A stretch of DNA of 36,519 nucleotides from assembly GCA_964619115.1 (NCBI GenBank), contig CAZUEB010000003.1, positions 2,764 through 39,282 of the forward strand. Direction: 5' to 3'. This stretch comes from an uncultured Dehalococcoidales bacterium (GTDB taxonomy: Bacteria > Chloroflexota > Dehalococcoidia > GIF9 > UBA5629). Position numbers and translations under genes: made by a program. Shown piece after piece: positions 8,001 through 17,140 of the stretch. The notes under the pieces are model-generated. The model was not told the DNA's origin and searched no databases. It was given only the letters and a program-made list of their open reading frames with translations. Each line of letters begins with the position of its first letter. Within the stretch, counting starts at the first letter, position 1.

Positions 8001-8030
8001 TTGCTTTCGTGTAATTGTGCATGATATAAT
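8001..8030 (+). promoter_or_regulatory. Sigma70-like promoter candidate with extended -10, upstream of folD-fhs
   Basis: TTGCTT (8001-8006), an 18-nt spacer ending in TGa, then TATAAT (8025-8030). A 7-bp hairpin, AGCTTCG/CGAAGCT (8033-8056), follows immediately. Confidence 0.4.
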
Positions 8031-8422
8031 CTAGCTTCGGCAAGGCAAGCGAAGCTCGGAGATTTACTTGCAGGCGACCCTAGTCTATTACACTCTAGAC
8101 CCTGGGCTTATTATTGCGGCTGTTGCTAACGCTCCAGCTTCTAAATCAACCATCGAAGAATTTCGGCATAAACTAAGCCATCAACAGATAGATAGCCAGC
8201 TTAAGCGGTTTTGGACTCAGGACATCTATCGCCTTCCGGATATGTCGTTTTGTTGTCGGTTGTTTTTATAACGGAGAAAACTGTGACGTTTTTGATACAA
8301 TCGAACCTGAAGCATGGGTAAAGTAGTAAATTGGGGGTGATAGGTATAGTTAATATATATTGAATCTACCCCGGAATTTGAGCGAAATAAACAGTCTTCA
8401 ACAGAGGGAGGGTAAAAGAGAA

Positions 8423-9313
8423 ATGACTGCAAAGATTATCAGTGGTACTGAAGTAGCTGCCGAGATTCGCGAGGAATTAAAAGGCAGAGTGAAAAAACTA
8501 AAAGACAGGGGAGTGACTCCGGCACTAGCTGTGGTGCTGGTAGGAGAAGACCCAGCCTCGATCTCCTATGTTACCGCTAAGGCTAAGGGCTCTGAGGAAA
8601 TAGGCATGCACGAGGAGACGATTCGCCTACCAGCAGATACTCCAGAAGCAGAAGTCCTTAAAAAAGTCGATGAGCTCAATAAAGACCCTAAATTTCATGG
8701 CGTGCTGGTACAGTTGCCTCTGCCTAAGCACATTGACACTGAAAAGGTGATTAACTTTATCTCTCCAGAGAAAGACGTGGACGGATTCCATCCGGTGAAT
8801 GTGGGTAAGGCGCTCAGAGGTGAACCTTGTCCCTTGCCTTGCACTCCTCATGGAGTCCAGGAGTTGTTGGTCAGGAGCGGCAATGACCCCAGCGGCAAGC
8901 ATGTCGTTATCTGTGGCAGGAGCAACATTGTAGGTAAGCCACTGGCGGCTATCCTGATGCAGAAAAAGAAAGGGGCTAATGCCACAATCACCATCTGTCA
9001 CACCGGGACCAAAGATATAGGCTATTTTGCCAGACAGGCTGACATTGTCGTGGCTGCCATGGGTGCTCCTAAGGCAATAACTGCCGATATGGTTAGAGAT
9101 GGCGCGGTGGTTATTGATGTTGGCGTTAACCGTGTAGAAGATAAGACGAAAGAGAAAGGTTTCCGTTTGGTGGGTGATGTCGACTTCGATGTCATCAAGG
9201 AAAAGGCATCGGCGATAACTCCGGTTCCCGGTGGCGTCGGTCCGATGACCGTAACCATGTTGCTGATGAATACAGTAGAAGCAGCCGAGATGAAAGCAGG
9301 TATAACTGGCTAG
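8423..9313 (+). CDS. folD: Bifunctional methylenetetrahydrofolate dehydrogenase / methenyl-THF cyclohydrolase
   Basis: ATG 8423 (MTAKIISGTEVAAEIR...) follows GAGGGAGG; the upstream extension of the track ORF has no homology-like features. Motifs: GVLVQLPLPKHID, GRSNIVGKP, PGGVGPMTVTML. Confidence 0.93.
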   Translation: MTAKIISGTEVAAEIREELKGRVKKLKDRGVTPALAVVLVGEDPASISYVTAKAKGSEEIGMHEETIRLPADTPEAEVLKKVDELNKDPKFHGVLVQLPLPKHIDTEKVINFISPEKDVDGFHPVNVGKALRGEPCPLPCTPHGVQELLVRSGNDPSGKHVVICGRSNIVGKPLAAILMQKKKGANATITICHTGTKDIGYFARQADIVVAAMGAPKAITADMVRDGAVVIDVGVNRVEDKTKEKGFRLVGDVDFDVIKEKASAITPVPGGVGPMTVTMLLMNTVEAAEMKAGITG

Positions 9314-9400
9314 AAAGTAAATATCTTAATAAATTGTTAACTTCTTTGGCTATTCAGCACAGGCTTAAAATAAACTAAATAATAAGGAGGATACTACTAT

Positions 9401-11161
9401 ATGGCTTATGATGCGGTAAAAATGAAAGACTGGCAGATTTCAGAAGCAGCCGAGAAAAACATGCCTACCTCCGACGAGTGGCGGGAGAAACTCGGACTGC
9501 AGAAGGATGAGATTATTCCCTATGGGAGGCTGTGCAGGCTCGACTTCCTGAAGATAATCGAGCGTCTCAAAAAAAAGCAGGATGGCAAGTATATCGAGGT
9601 AACAGCTATCACACCCACACCGTTAGGTGAAGGTAAAAGTACCACTTCGATGGGTCTCATTGAAGGTCTGGGCAAACGAGGCAAGAACGTAGGCGGTTGT
9701 CTTCGCCAGCCATCAGGCGGTCCCACCATGAACATCAAGGGTACTGCTGCCGGCGGTGGCAATGCGCTCCTCATTCCCATGACCGAGTTCTCAATGGGTC
9801 TTACCGGTGATATTAACGACATCATGAATGCCCACAACCTGGCTATGGTAGCGCTGACTTCCAGGATGCAGCATGAGCGGAACTATGATGATGCCGAGCT
9901 TGCCAAGCGTAACCTGCGCCGGCTGGATATTGACCCCAACCGCGTGGAGATGGGCTGGATTATGGACTTCTGTGCCCAGAGCTTGAGAAATATCATTATT
10001 GGCCTCGGCGGTCGTATGGATGGCTTCCTGATGCAATCCAAGTTTGGCATTGCTGTGAGCTCCGAGCTTATGGCTATGCTATCAATAGTCACAGATTTAG
10101 CAGACTTGCGCCAGAGGATGGACAAAATCACGGTTGCCTTCGATAAGAAAGGCAACCCTGTGACTACCGGCGACCTGGAAGTTGGTGGCGCTATGACTGC
10201 CTGGATGCGAAACACCATCAATCCCACGCTGATGTGCACCGCTGAGTATCAACCCTGCATGGTGCATGCCGGTCCCTTTGCCAACATCGCTGTGGGTCAG
10301 TCATCTATCATTGCCGACCGCATCGGTCTGAAAATGTTCGAATATCATGTTACCGAGAGTGGCTTTGCTGCAGACATCGGCTTCGAGAAGTTCTGGAACG
10401 TCAAATGCCGCTTGAGCGGGCTCATACCGCATGTATCGGTGCTCACCACCACCATCAGGGCACTTAAGATGCATGGCGGTGGCCCTAAGGTTGTAGCCGG
10501 GTTACCCCTGCCGGATGCTTATACAAAGGAAGACCTCAAAACTCTAGAAAAAGGCTTGCCCAATATGATTCACCATATCAATACCATCAGGACGGCAGGC
10601 ATAAATCCAGTGGTCTGCATTAATTCTTTCCACACCGACACTAAAGATGAGATTGCTATTGTGCGTAAGGCTGCCGAGGCGGCAGGTGCTCGTTGTGCCG
10701 TATCTACTCACTGGGCAGATGGCGGCGATGGCGCACTGGAGCTAGCCGATACGGTCATGGATGCCTGCAATGAGAAGAATGATTTCAAGTTCCTGTATCC
10801 GCTGGAGACGAAGCTTCGTGAGCGGGTGGAGAAAATCGCCAAGGTGGTCTATGGAGCAGACGGTGTGTCCTGGACACCAGATGCTGAAGCTAAGGCTAAG
10901 ATGCTTGAAAGTGACCAGCAATACAGTGACTATACGACCATGATGGTTAAGACGCATCTCAGCCTGACGCATGACCCAACTTTGAAAGGTGTTCCCAAGG
11001 GCTGGACGTTACCTGTTCGTGATGTCTTAATCTACTCCGGTGCCAAGTTCCTCTGCCCCTGTGCCGGAACCATCAGCCTGATGCCGGGCACCAGCTCCGA
11101 CCCTGCATTTAGAAGGGTGGACGTGGATGTTAAGACTGGTAAGGTAATGGGGCTATTCTAA
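9401..11161 (+). CDS. fhs: Formate--tetrahydrofolate ligase
   Basis: 586 aa with AAGGAGG upstream. P-loop region [12 protein letters not shown] and family-typical sequence through to the C-terminal GLF. Confidence 0.95.
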   Translation: MAYDAVKMKDWQISEAAEKNMPTSDEWREKLGLQKDEIIPYGRLCRLDFLKIIERLKKKQDGKYIEVTAITPTPLGEGKSTTSMGLIEGLGKRGKNVGGCLRQPSGGPTMNIKGTAAGGGNALLIPMTEFSMGLTGDINDIMNAHNLAMVALTSRMQHERNYDDAELAKRNLRRLDIDPNRVEMGWIMDFCAQSLRNIIIGLGGRMDGFLMQSKFGIAVSSELMAMLSIVTDLADLRQRMDKITVAFDKKGNPVTTGDLEVGGAMTAWMRNTINPTLMCTAEYQPCMVHAGPFANIAVGQSSIIADRIGLKMFEYHVTESGFAADIGFEKFWNVKCRLSGLIPHVSVLTTTIRALKMHGGGPKVVAGLPLPDAYTKEDLKTLEKGLPNMIHHINTIRTAGINPVVCINSFHTDTKDEIAIVRKAAEAAGARCAVSTHWADGGDGALELADTVMDACNEKNDFKFLYPLETKLRERVEKIAKVVYGADGVSWTPDAEAKAKMLESDQQYSDYTTMMVKTHLSLTHDPTLKGVPKGWTLPVRDVLIYSGAKFLCPCAGTISLMPGTSSDPAFRRVDVDVKTGKVMGLF

Positions 11162-11184
11162 AGAGAGCCGTAGAAAGGCTATAG

Positions 11185-11219
11185 GGCTGGGTGGTGCTTT
11201 GCACTGCCCAGCCTTTTTT
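11185..11219 (+). terminator. Rho-independent terminator after fhs
   Basis: 12-bp stem GGCTGGGTGGTG / CACTGCCCAGCC (two G-U pairs), a 5-nt loop, then TTTTTT (11214-11219). Confidence 0.75.
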
Positions 11220-11244
11220 GGTTAAAATCAATTCCGAGGTTGAA

Positions 11245-12693
11245 TTGACACAAGAAAAAGTAATCCGAGAATTCGAGCCTGTCTTTTACCCTGAATCTAT
11301 CGCTATCGTCGGCGTTTCCCAGAACGTATTTAAGGTCGGCTCTCTGTGGTTGAAGGCAATTATAGACGCTGGCTTCAATGGTCCTGTTTATCCGGTTCAT
11401 CCACTGGGCGGTGAGTTTCTAGGACTGAAAGTATATTCTAGCGTTAAAGAAATTCCAGGGATTGTAGACTATGTCATTGTCTCCATACCGAGGGAAGCCG
11501 TACCTGAGTTGCTGGACGATTGTGCTGATAAGGTAAAAGCTGTTCATTTTTTCACCGCTGGCTTCAGCGAAATAGGCGATGTTTCGGGGTATGAGCTTGA
11601 GGAAGAGTTGGTGAGAAAAGCACAAAGTGGAGGGTTCCGTATAATCGGGCCTAATTGCATCGGCGTTTATTGCCCGGAGGGTAAGGTGCCCTATGGACCT
11701 AGCGGTAGAATAGGCAAAGCTGGCTCAGTAGGCTTTATCTCCCAAAGCGGCGGCATCGGTGAAAAGCTTGTTGAGTTAGGTGCTGCCAGGGGCATAAACT
11801 ATAGCAAAGGAATTAGCTTCGGCAACGGTATCGACCTTGATAGCGTCGATTTCATGGAATATATGGCTGTTGACCCGAAAGTTTATATTATAGGCGCTTA
11901 TCTAGAGGGGACAAGAAATGGTCGTCGCCTATTCACGACCATGAAAAAGGTGGCTAGGTTAAAGCCTTTAGTCGTGTGGAAAGCCGGAAGGACCGATGTC
12001 GGCGCTGCGGCAGCCATGTCTCATACCGGTTCTTTAGCTAGTCCGGCGTCAATCTGGTCGGCGGCACTAAGACAGTGTGGCGCTGTTGAGGTCAGAAGTG
12101 TTGAAGAGATGGCTGACACCCTGCTAATCTTTCAACAACTCGGGCAGTGGAGAGGCAGCGGCAAAGGCAACGGCATAGCTGTAGTCGGTGGATTAGCAGA
12201 TGGTGGTGGAGGCATTTCCGTCTCATCCAGCGATGCTTGTGCTGAGCTTGGACTTCATATTCCATCCCTATCTATGGAGACAAGGCATAAATTGACCGGT
12301 ATCCTGGGTCAGGTAGGCAGTATCCTGCATAACCCTGTTGATGTAAGCCAGAGCGGCAGCAATCCGGATATTATAAGGGAAGCACTTGGGATTGTCCTCG
12401 CCGACCCCTCGATAGAGCTGGTTATAATCCAAGAAGATGCCGGGATACTTTTAAAGTATTTTCCCATGGAGTGGGTGCAAGACATAAACACTGTTTTTGT
12501 CGATTTCAGAGCCAGTCAGGAAAAGCCGATTGTTATTGTCTCACCGCCCGGGGCTTCTGATTTGCAGCGCCTTGAAATAGAACAAAGATTGACGCAGGCA
12601 TCTATACCTGTTTTCCCCACCATGGAACGAGCAGCTAAAGCTGTAGCGAACATCAGCAGCTATTATCAGATGCAGGAAGCTTCAAAGAGCTAG
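11245..12693 (+). CDS. ADP-forming acetyl-CoA synthetase alpha-like protein (CoA-binding + succinyl-CoA-synthetase-like domains; AcdA-like)
   Basis: The track start (GTG 11191) lies inside the fhs terminator hairpin. TTG 11245 follows GAGG by 6 nt and gives MTQEKVIREFEPVFYPESIAIVGVS. Motifs: GPNCIGV, ISQSGG and the phosphohistidine loop MSHTGSLAS. No ATP-grasp (beta) part is present in this ORF. Confidence 0.75.
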   Translation: MTQEKVIREFEPVFYPESIAIVGVSQNVFKVGSLWLKAIIDAGFNGPVYPVHPLGGEFLGLKVYSSVKEIPGIVDYVIVSIPREAVPELLDDCADKVKAVHFFTAGFSEIGDVSGYELEEELVRKAQSGGFRIIGPNCIGVYCPEGKVPYGPSGRIGKAGSVGFISQSGGIGEKLVELGAARGINYSKGISFGNGIDLDSVDFMEYMAVDPKVYIIGAYLEGTRNGRRLFTTMKKVARLKPLVVWKAGRTDVGAAAAMSHTGSLASPASIWSAALRQCGAVEVRSVEEMADTLLIFQQLGQWRGSGKGNGIAVVGGLADGGGGISVSSSDACAELGLHIPSLSMETRHKLTGILGQVGSILHNPVDVSQSGSNPDIIREALGIVLADPSIELVIIQEDAGILLKYFPMEWVQDINTVFVDFRASQEKPIVIVSPPGASDLQRLEIEQRLTQASIPVFPTMERAAKAVANISSYYQMQEASKS

Positions 12694-12697
12694 TAGT

Positions 12698-12922
12698 ATG
12701 GAAGGAATAGGCAAAATTCTGCTTATAGTCGGCGGCATCATAGTAATCCTGGGGCTGATGCTGGTTTTCAGTCACCACATACCCTTTTTTGGTAAGTTGC
12801 CAGGCGATATATTCATAAAGAGGGACGGTTTTTCCTTCTATTTTCCCATTGTCACCCTGCTTATCTTGAGCCTCCTGATAACTATAATAGTTAATGTAGT
12901 CTTGTATTTCCTGAATAAATAA
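12698..12922 (+). CDS. DUF2905-family small membrane protein
   Basis: 74 aa with two hydrophobic helices flanking the characteristic GKLPGDIFIKRDGFSFYFP motif. Confidence 0.7.
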   Translation: MEGIGKILLIVGGIIVILGLMLVFSHHIPFFGKLPGDIFIKRDGFSFYFPIVTLLILSLLITIIVNVVLYFLNK

Positions 12923-12935
12923 GAAGTCTCTTCTG

Positions 12936-13964
12936 ATGAAGACAAGCGATTTTGATTATCATCTGCCCCCTGAATTTATTGCTCAGACACCTGTAGAACC
13001 ACGAGACCAATCTCGTCTTATGGTGCTTCATCGGCTCGATGGCTCCATAGAACACCACCGCTTTTACGATGTTGTTAACTATCTTCAAAGTGGAGATATT
13101 CTGGTTCTCAACAATAGCCGAGTTATACCAGCTAGGCTCATGGGACGGAAAAATGGCAGCAACACAAACGTCGAAATCCTGCTGCTGCGTCGCTTGGAAA
13201 ACAACGTCTGGGAAACGCTGGTCCGCCCGGGCAGGAAAGTCACCACCGGCACACAAATAAAAATATCAAGTGGTCCTGATACCGCTGAGGAGGGAATAAA
13301 CGCCGAGGTGCTGGAACAGGCTGAAGATGGCATCAGACTCATTCGTTTCTCAGACGACAGCTTGCTTGAGGGATTTGGTCGGGTTCCGTTGCCGCCTTAT
13401 ATACATACTCCGCTGGCTGATGCAGGCCGGTATCAAACGGTCTATGCTGAAATAAACGGAAGTGTGGCAGCACCTACAGCCGGGCTGCACTTTGCGCCGC
13501 GGCTACTGAATGAGTTGCAGAAAAAAGGCGTTCAACTGGCTTTTATAACCCTTCATATCGGGCTTGATACCTTCCGCCCGGTCAGAGTTGATGATCCTGG
13601 TCAGCACAATATTCATAGAGAGTATGGGGAATTAAGCTCAGAAGTGGCTATTTTGCTCAATCAGACCAAAAGACAAGGTAAAAAAGTAATAGCTGTGGGC
13701 ACCAGCACGGTGAGGATGCTCGAAGCAGCAGCTTTATCCGGTACAGTGCAGCCTTTTTCCGGCTGGGTTGACCTGTTTATCCTGCCCGGGCACCGGTTTC
13801 GTGTCACGGATGCCATGGTCACTAATTTCCATTTGCCCAGGTCGACCCTGCTGATGCTCGTTTCAGCCTTTGCCGGTAAGGATTTCATCTGGCAGGCGTA
13901 CGAACAAGCTAAGAATTTTAGCTACCGCTTTTACAGTTTTGGCGACGCCATGTTAATTCTTTGA
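12936..13964 (+). CDS. queA: tRNA preQ1(34) S-adenosylmethionine ribosyltransferase-isomerase
   Basis: The N-terminus MKTSDFDYHLPPEFIAQTP is typical of QueA, and the ORF has QueA length (342 aa). Motifs: VAAPTAGLHF, GTSTVR, FYSFGDAMLI. Confidence 0.93.
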   Translation: MKTSDFDYHLPPEFIAQTPVEPRDQSRLMVLHRLDGSIEHHRFYDVVNYLQSGDILVLNNSRVIPARLMGRKNGSNTNVEILLLRRLENNVWETLVRPGRKVTTGTQIKISSGPDTAEEGINAEVLEQAEDGIRLIRFSDDSLLEGFGRVPLPPYIHTPLADAGRYQTVYAEINGSVAAPTAGLHFAPRLLNELQKKGVQLAFITLHIGLDTFRPVRVDDPGQHNIHREYGELSSEVAILLNQTKRQGKKVIAVGTSTVRMLEAAALSGTVQPFSGWVDLFILPGHRFRVTDAMVTNFHLPRSTLLMLVSAFAGKDFIWQAYEQAKNFSYRFYSFGDAMLIL

Positions 13965-14046
13965 AGTGGTTCTTCCATAGCTCTGTCATGCATAGTGTTT
14001 TGGTAGTGGGAAAAATAGATTAATAAATATTGATAACGTTGCAGCT

Positions 14047-14075
14047 TTGCCAATTAGCCAGCATATAGATATAAT
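14047..14075 (+). promoter_or_regulatory. Sigma70-like promoter candidate for glmS
   Basis: TTGCCA (14047-14052), a 17-nt spacer, then TATAAT (14070-14075), about 60 nt upstream of the ATG. Confidence 0.45.
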
Positions 14076-14134
14076 TTACTCCAAAATGTAACGGCGATAG
14101 TAAAAATGATGTTTGGAGGTATAATCGGTTAAAG

Positions 14135-15910
14135 ATGTGCGGCATTATCGGCTATTGCGGCAGACAAACAGCGGCTCCACTTGTTTTTGAATGCTTAAAG
14201 CGTGTGGAATACCGTGGTTATGATTCTGCAGGCATGGCTACTATATCTGATGGGCAACTGTTTTTAAAAAAAGATACCGGCAAGCTTGAGGAGATTGAGA
14301 GCAAACATATCTTGAGTTCGTTGTCCGGTAATATAGCTATCGGACATACCCGCTGGGCTACTCATGGCGGCGTTACTACAGCCAATGCTCACCCCCATTG
14401 TGACTCAACTGGCACCATAGCTGTTGTCCACAATGGCATAATTGAGAACTATCAGGAGCTACGTCAGCATCTCACCAGCAACGGGCATCATTTTGTTTCA
14501 GAAACCGATACCGAAGTCATACCTCATCTTATTGAAGAGGAAATGAAAAATGGGTGTTCTCTTGAAATGGCGGTTCTAGCTGTAGCACCGAAGCTTGAAG
14601 GCTCCTATTCTTTTCTGGTTATATCATCCCGTGATTCAGGCAAAATTGTTGGCACCAGAAAAGACAACCCTTTGGCTATTGGGATAGGCGAGGATGGCTA
14701 TTTTGTTGCCAGCGACGCTTTGGCTTTCTCAGGGTTGGCTAATCAACTGGTGCCTCTGGCTGACACTGAGGTAGCGGTACTAACATCAAAAGGGGTTGAG
14801 ATTTTCGATGCCGCAGGTAATAAGCTGAAAAAAGAAGCACGGCATATTGACTTGCAATGGTGCGATAGTGATAAACAGGGCTACCAGTTTTTCATGCTTA
14901 AAGAGATTATGGAGCAACCACAGACTATTGAGGCAGCTACCAATCAGGATAAAGAGTCATTCACCAAGATTGCCATGGATATACTTAGAGCTGGTCAAGT
15001 GATAGTCACCGCTTGTGGCACTTCCAGGTATGCTGCTCTGGTTGGCAGGTACCTCTTCTCCAAAGTTGGCAGAAAGTTTTGTGATGTGGTTATGGCGTCC
15101 GAATTTCATTATTTCGCTGATTCTGTAGATAGGAATACCGTGGTCTTAGCTGTCTCACAGAGTGGCGAGACGTCAGACGTAATCGAAGGTGTAAAAAGGG
15201 CCAGAGAGGCTGGCGCCCAAATCGTTTCTATCGTCAACAGGCCATATTCTCAGCTAGCTGAGATGAGCCATCATGTTATCTATCTTAATTGTGGTCCTGA
15301 GCTATGTGTCGCAGCTACCAAGTCTTTCATCAGTCAGTTGGTTGTCTTCTATCTTTTGTCGTTTTCCATGGTCAACTCTTTTGATAAAGCCGTTACCGAT
15401 CTCAAAAACATCAGCAATAAAGTGGCTAAAACTATCGAATGGAACAATGACAAGATTAGTACGCTGAGCCAGGAATTGAAGACCACGAATGATTTCTACT
15501 ATATAGCCAGGGGGATTAACTTCGCCATCGCCTCCGAGGGCGCTCTGAAGCTAAAGGAAATCTCCTATATTCATGCAGAGGGTATGCCGGCAGGCGAACT
15601 CAAGCATGGTACCCTAGCCCTTATCGAACAAAGGACCCCTGTAGCTGTAATCTGCCCCGATGACTATACTTACCGTGAAACATTAAGCAATGCCACGGAG
15701 GCTAAGTCAAGAGGTGCTTATATTATTGCCGTCTCTGATAGAAAAAATGAGATTTATGATTTCTGGGTCAAGATTCCCAAAGTCGACGAGCTCTTATATC
15801 CCATAATCGCTGTAGTCCCGCTTCAGCTCCTGGCATACCACCTGGCGGTTAGCCGGGGATATGACCCTGATAGACCCAGGAATTTGGCAAAATCAGTCAC
15901 GGTAAAGTGA
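14135..15910 (+). CDS. glmS: Glutamine--fructose-6-phosphate aminotransferase (isomerising)
   Basis: N-terminal nucleophile MCGIIGY, an Ntn glutaminase domain, two SIS domains (SQSGETSD) and a C-terminal LAKSVTVK. Confidence 0.95.
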   Translation: MCGIIGYCGRQTAAPLVFECLKRVEYRGYDSAGMATISDGQLFLKKDTGKLEEIESKHILSSLSGNIAIGHTRWATHGGVTTANAHPHCDSTGTIAVVHNGIIENYQELRQHLTSNGHHFVSETDTEVIPHLIEEEMKNGCSLEMAVLAVAPKLEGSYSFLVISSRDSGKIVGTRKDNPLAIGIGEDGYFVASDALAFSGLANQLVPLADTEVAVLTSKGVEIFDAAGNKLKKEARHIDLQWCDSDKQGYQFFMLKEIMEQPQTIEAATNQDKESFTKIAMDILRAGQVIVTACGTSRYAALVGRYLFSKVGRKFCDVVMASEFHYFADSVDRNTVVLAVSQSGETSDVIEGVKRAREAGAQIVSIVNRPYSQLAEMSHHVIYLNCGPELCVAATKSFISQLVVFYLLSFSMVNSFDKAVTDLKNISNKVAKTIEWNNDKISTLSQELKTTNDFYYIARGINFAIASEGALKLKEISYIHAEGMPAGELKHGTLALIEQRTPVAVICPDDYTYRETLSNATEAKSRGAYIIAVSDRKNEIYDFWVKIPKVDELLYPIIAVVPLQLLAYHLAVSRGYDPDRPRNLAKSVTVK

Positions 15911-15917
15911 TGATTTT

Positions 15918-15976
15918 TAGAGATGGATAGAGATTAGTTGAGATTGGTTGAGGCTGTAGAGATTGGTAGAGAATGG
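15918..15976 (+). repeat. Tandem decanucleotide array, six units (consensus TAGAGATTGG / TTGAGATTGG)
   Basis: Units: tagagatgga tagagattag ttgagattgg ttgaggctg tagagattgg tagagaatgg. The last unit contains the ATG (15973) of the four-helix-bundle gene. Confidence 0.85.
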
Positions 15977-16350
15977 GTAAATCGTTTGAAGACCTTGAGG
16001 TATGGCAGATGGGAAAAAACATAGTTATGGAGACCTACCAGATAAGCAGGCATTTTCCCAATGAAGAATCCTTTGTATTGGTTTCCCAGATTAAACGAGC
16101 CGCTTTATCTGTACCAGCTAACATTGCTGAAGGCTTTGGACGCTATCACTACCTTGACAAAGCCAAATTCTATCTCAATGCTCGAGGCTCGCTTTATGAA
16201 CTCAAGAGCCATTTGCCTATTGCACAGGAACTCGGTTATTTCAATCAATCTCAACCAATCACCAGTCTCTTAATCACCATCGACAAACTGGGTGTCAAAC
16301 TGAATAACCTAATCTCTAACTCTCGGAAGCTAAGTAAGGCATCTCAGTGA
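15973..16350 (+). CDS. Four-helix-bundle protein ('23S rRNA intervening-sequence protein' family)
   Basis: 125 aa. FEDLEVWQ...VSQIKRAALSVPANIAEGFGRYHYLDKAKFYLNARGSLYELKSHL matches the characteristic motifs of this family. Confidence 0.85.
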   Translation: MGKSFEDLEVWQMGKNIVMETYQISRHFPNEESFVLVSQIKRAALSVPANIAEGFGRYHYLDKAKFYLNARGSLYELKSHLPIAQELGYFNQSQPITSLLITIDKLGVKLNNLISNSRKLSKASQ

Positions 16351-16390
16351 ATACTCAACCGGTCTCAATAAATCTCAATAAATCTCAACT
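16341..16390 (-). repeat. Tandem decanucleotide array in inverted orientation relative to 15918-15976 (plus-strand units AATCTCAAnn)
   Basis: Units: atctcagtga atactcaacc ggtctcaata aatctcaata aatctcaact. AATCTCAA is the reverse complement of TTGAGATT. More degenerate copies lie at 16241-16280, inside the 3' end of the CDS; CTCAACCAATC at 16250-16260 is the exact complement of 15942-15952. Confidence 0.75.
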
Positions 16391-17081
16391 TGTGCTCATC
16401 GCTGCCATTCCTTGTCTGAATGAGGAGCAGTTCATCAAAGATATAGTAACTAGAACTCGCAGATACGTTGATAAAGTGATTGTTATAGATGATGGGTCAA
16501 CTGACAATACCTCTAAAGTAGCTAAAGATGCTGGTGCTGAGGTCATAAGGCATGGAACGAGGCAGGGTGCTGGAGCGGCTACCAGGTCGGCGTTCGAAGC
16601 GGCAAAAACATGTGGTGCTGATGTGATGGTGACTCTGGATGGCGATGGTCAGCACAATCCTGATGAGATTCCGCAGGTTCTGGCTCCGATTCTTCATGGT
16701 GAGGCAGACCTGGTCATTGGCTCCCGCTTTCTCCAACCCGCTCAACAAACCCAAGAAACTCAAAGAACTAATATCCGGCGTTATCGTAAATTCGGTATCG
16801 ACGTAATCACGTGGTTGTACAACTTCGGCTCGAGGATAAAGGTATCTGATTCACAGAGCTGCTTCCGTGCCCATAGTCGAAAGCTGCTCGATGCCATAAA
16901 TATCACAGAAAGCGGTTTTAGTTTCAGTGTTGAAGTCTTAATTAAATCCAGAAGAAGGGGCCTGGTCATCGCTGAAGCGCCCATCTCCTGCGTCTATCAC
17001 TCCCAGGGCTCCAGCCTTAATCCTGTAGCGCACGGCCTTGGTGTTGCCTTTGCCGTGATAAAGCTCCGCCTCTTAAGGTAG
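16347..17081 (+). CDS. Family-2 glycosyltransferase (soluble, DPM1/GtrB-like catalytic domain, no C-terminal TM helices)
   Basis: Motifs: AIPCLNEE, VIVIDDGSTDNT, TLDGDGQHNPDEIP. The start is uncertain. GTG 16347 overlaps the upstream stop (GTGA), but the first 15 codons are encoded by the decamer array. GTG 16392 (MLIAAIPCLNEE) gives a typical GT2 N-terminus. Confidence 0.8.
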   Translation: MNTQPVSINLNKSQLVLIAAIPCLNEEQFIKDIVTRTRRYVDKVIVIDDGSTDNTSKVAKDAGAEVIRHGTRQGAGAATRSAFEAAKTCGADVMVTLDGDGQHNPDEIPQVLAPILHGEADLVIGSRFLQPAQQTQETQRTNIRRYRKFGIDVITWLYNFGSRIKVSDSQSCFRAHSRKLLDAINITESGFSFSVEVLIKSRRRGLVIAEAPISCVYHSQGSSLNPVAHGLGVAFAVIKLRLLR

Positions 17082-17140
17082 AAGTATGACCAGTAAGTGA
17101 AAGCTAATAAACTCAATAACACGGATAAAAGGAGGCTAAA

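Noticed and set aside
8040-8110. Possible ZTP (pfl) or THF riboswitch upstream of folD-fhs
   Set aside because: GCGACC and CCCTGGGC fragments recall the ZTP motif. However, the conserved GACUGGCG / CCGCCUGGGC pseudoknot partners are absent, and no THF-riboswitch core is visible. This needs cmscan; I cannot call it by eye.
8068-8432. Small ORFs 8068-8271 (+) and 8226-8432 (-) in the folD upstream gap
   Set aside because: No recognisable family. One uses a TTG start and the other is antisense to the folD RBS region. The evidence is insufficient to call either as a gene.
11191-11244. GTG 11191 as the start of the AcdA-like gene
   Set aside because: These codons are the two arms and T-tract of the fhs intrinsic terminator. 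TTG 11245 with GAGG upstream matches homologue N-termini.
13965-14134. glmS ribozyme upstream of glmS
   Set aside because: The leader after the candidate promoter is only about 60 nt and lacks the conserved ribozyme core, so nothing supports a ribozyme here.
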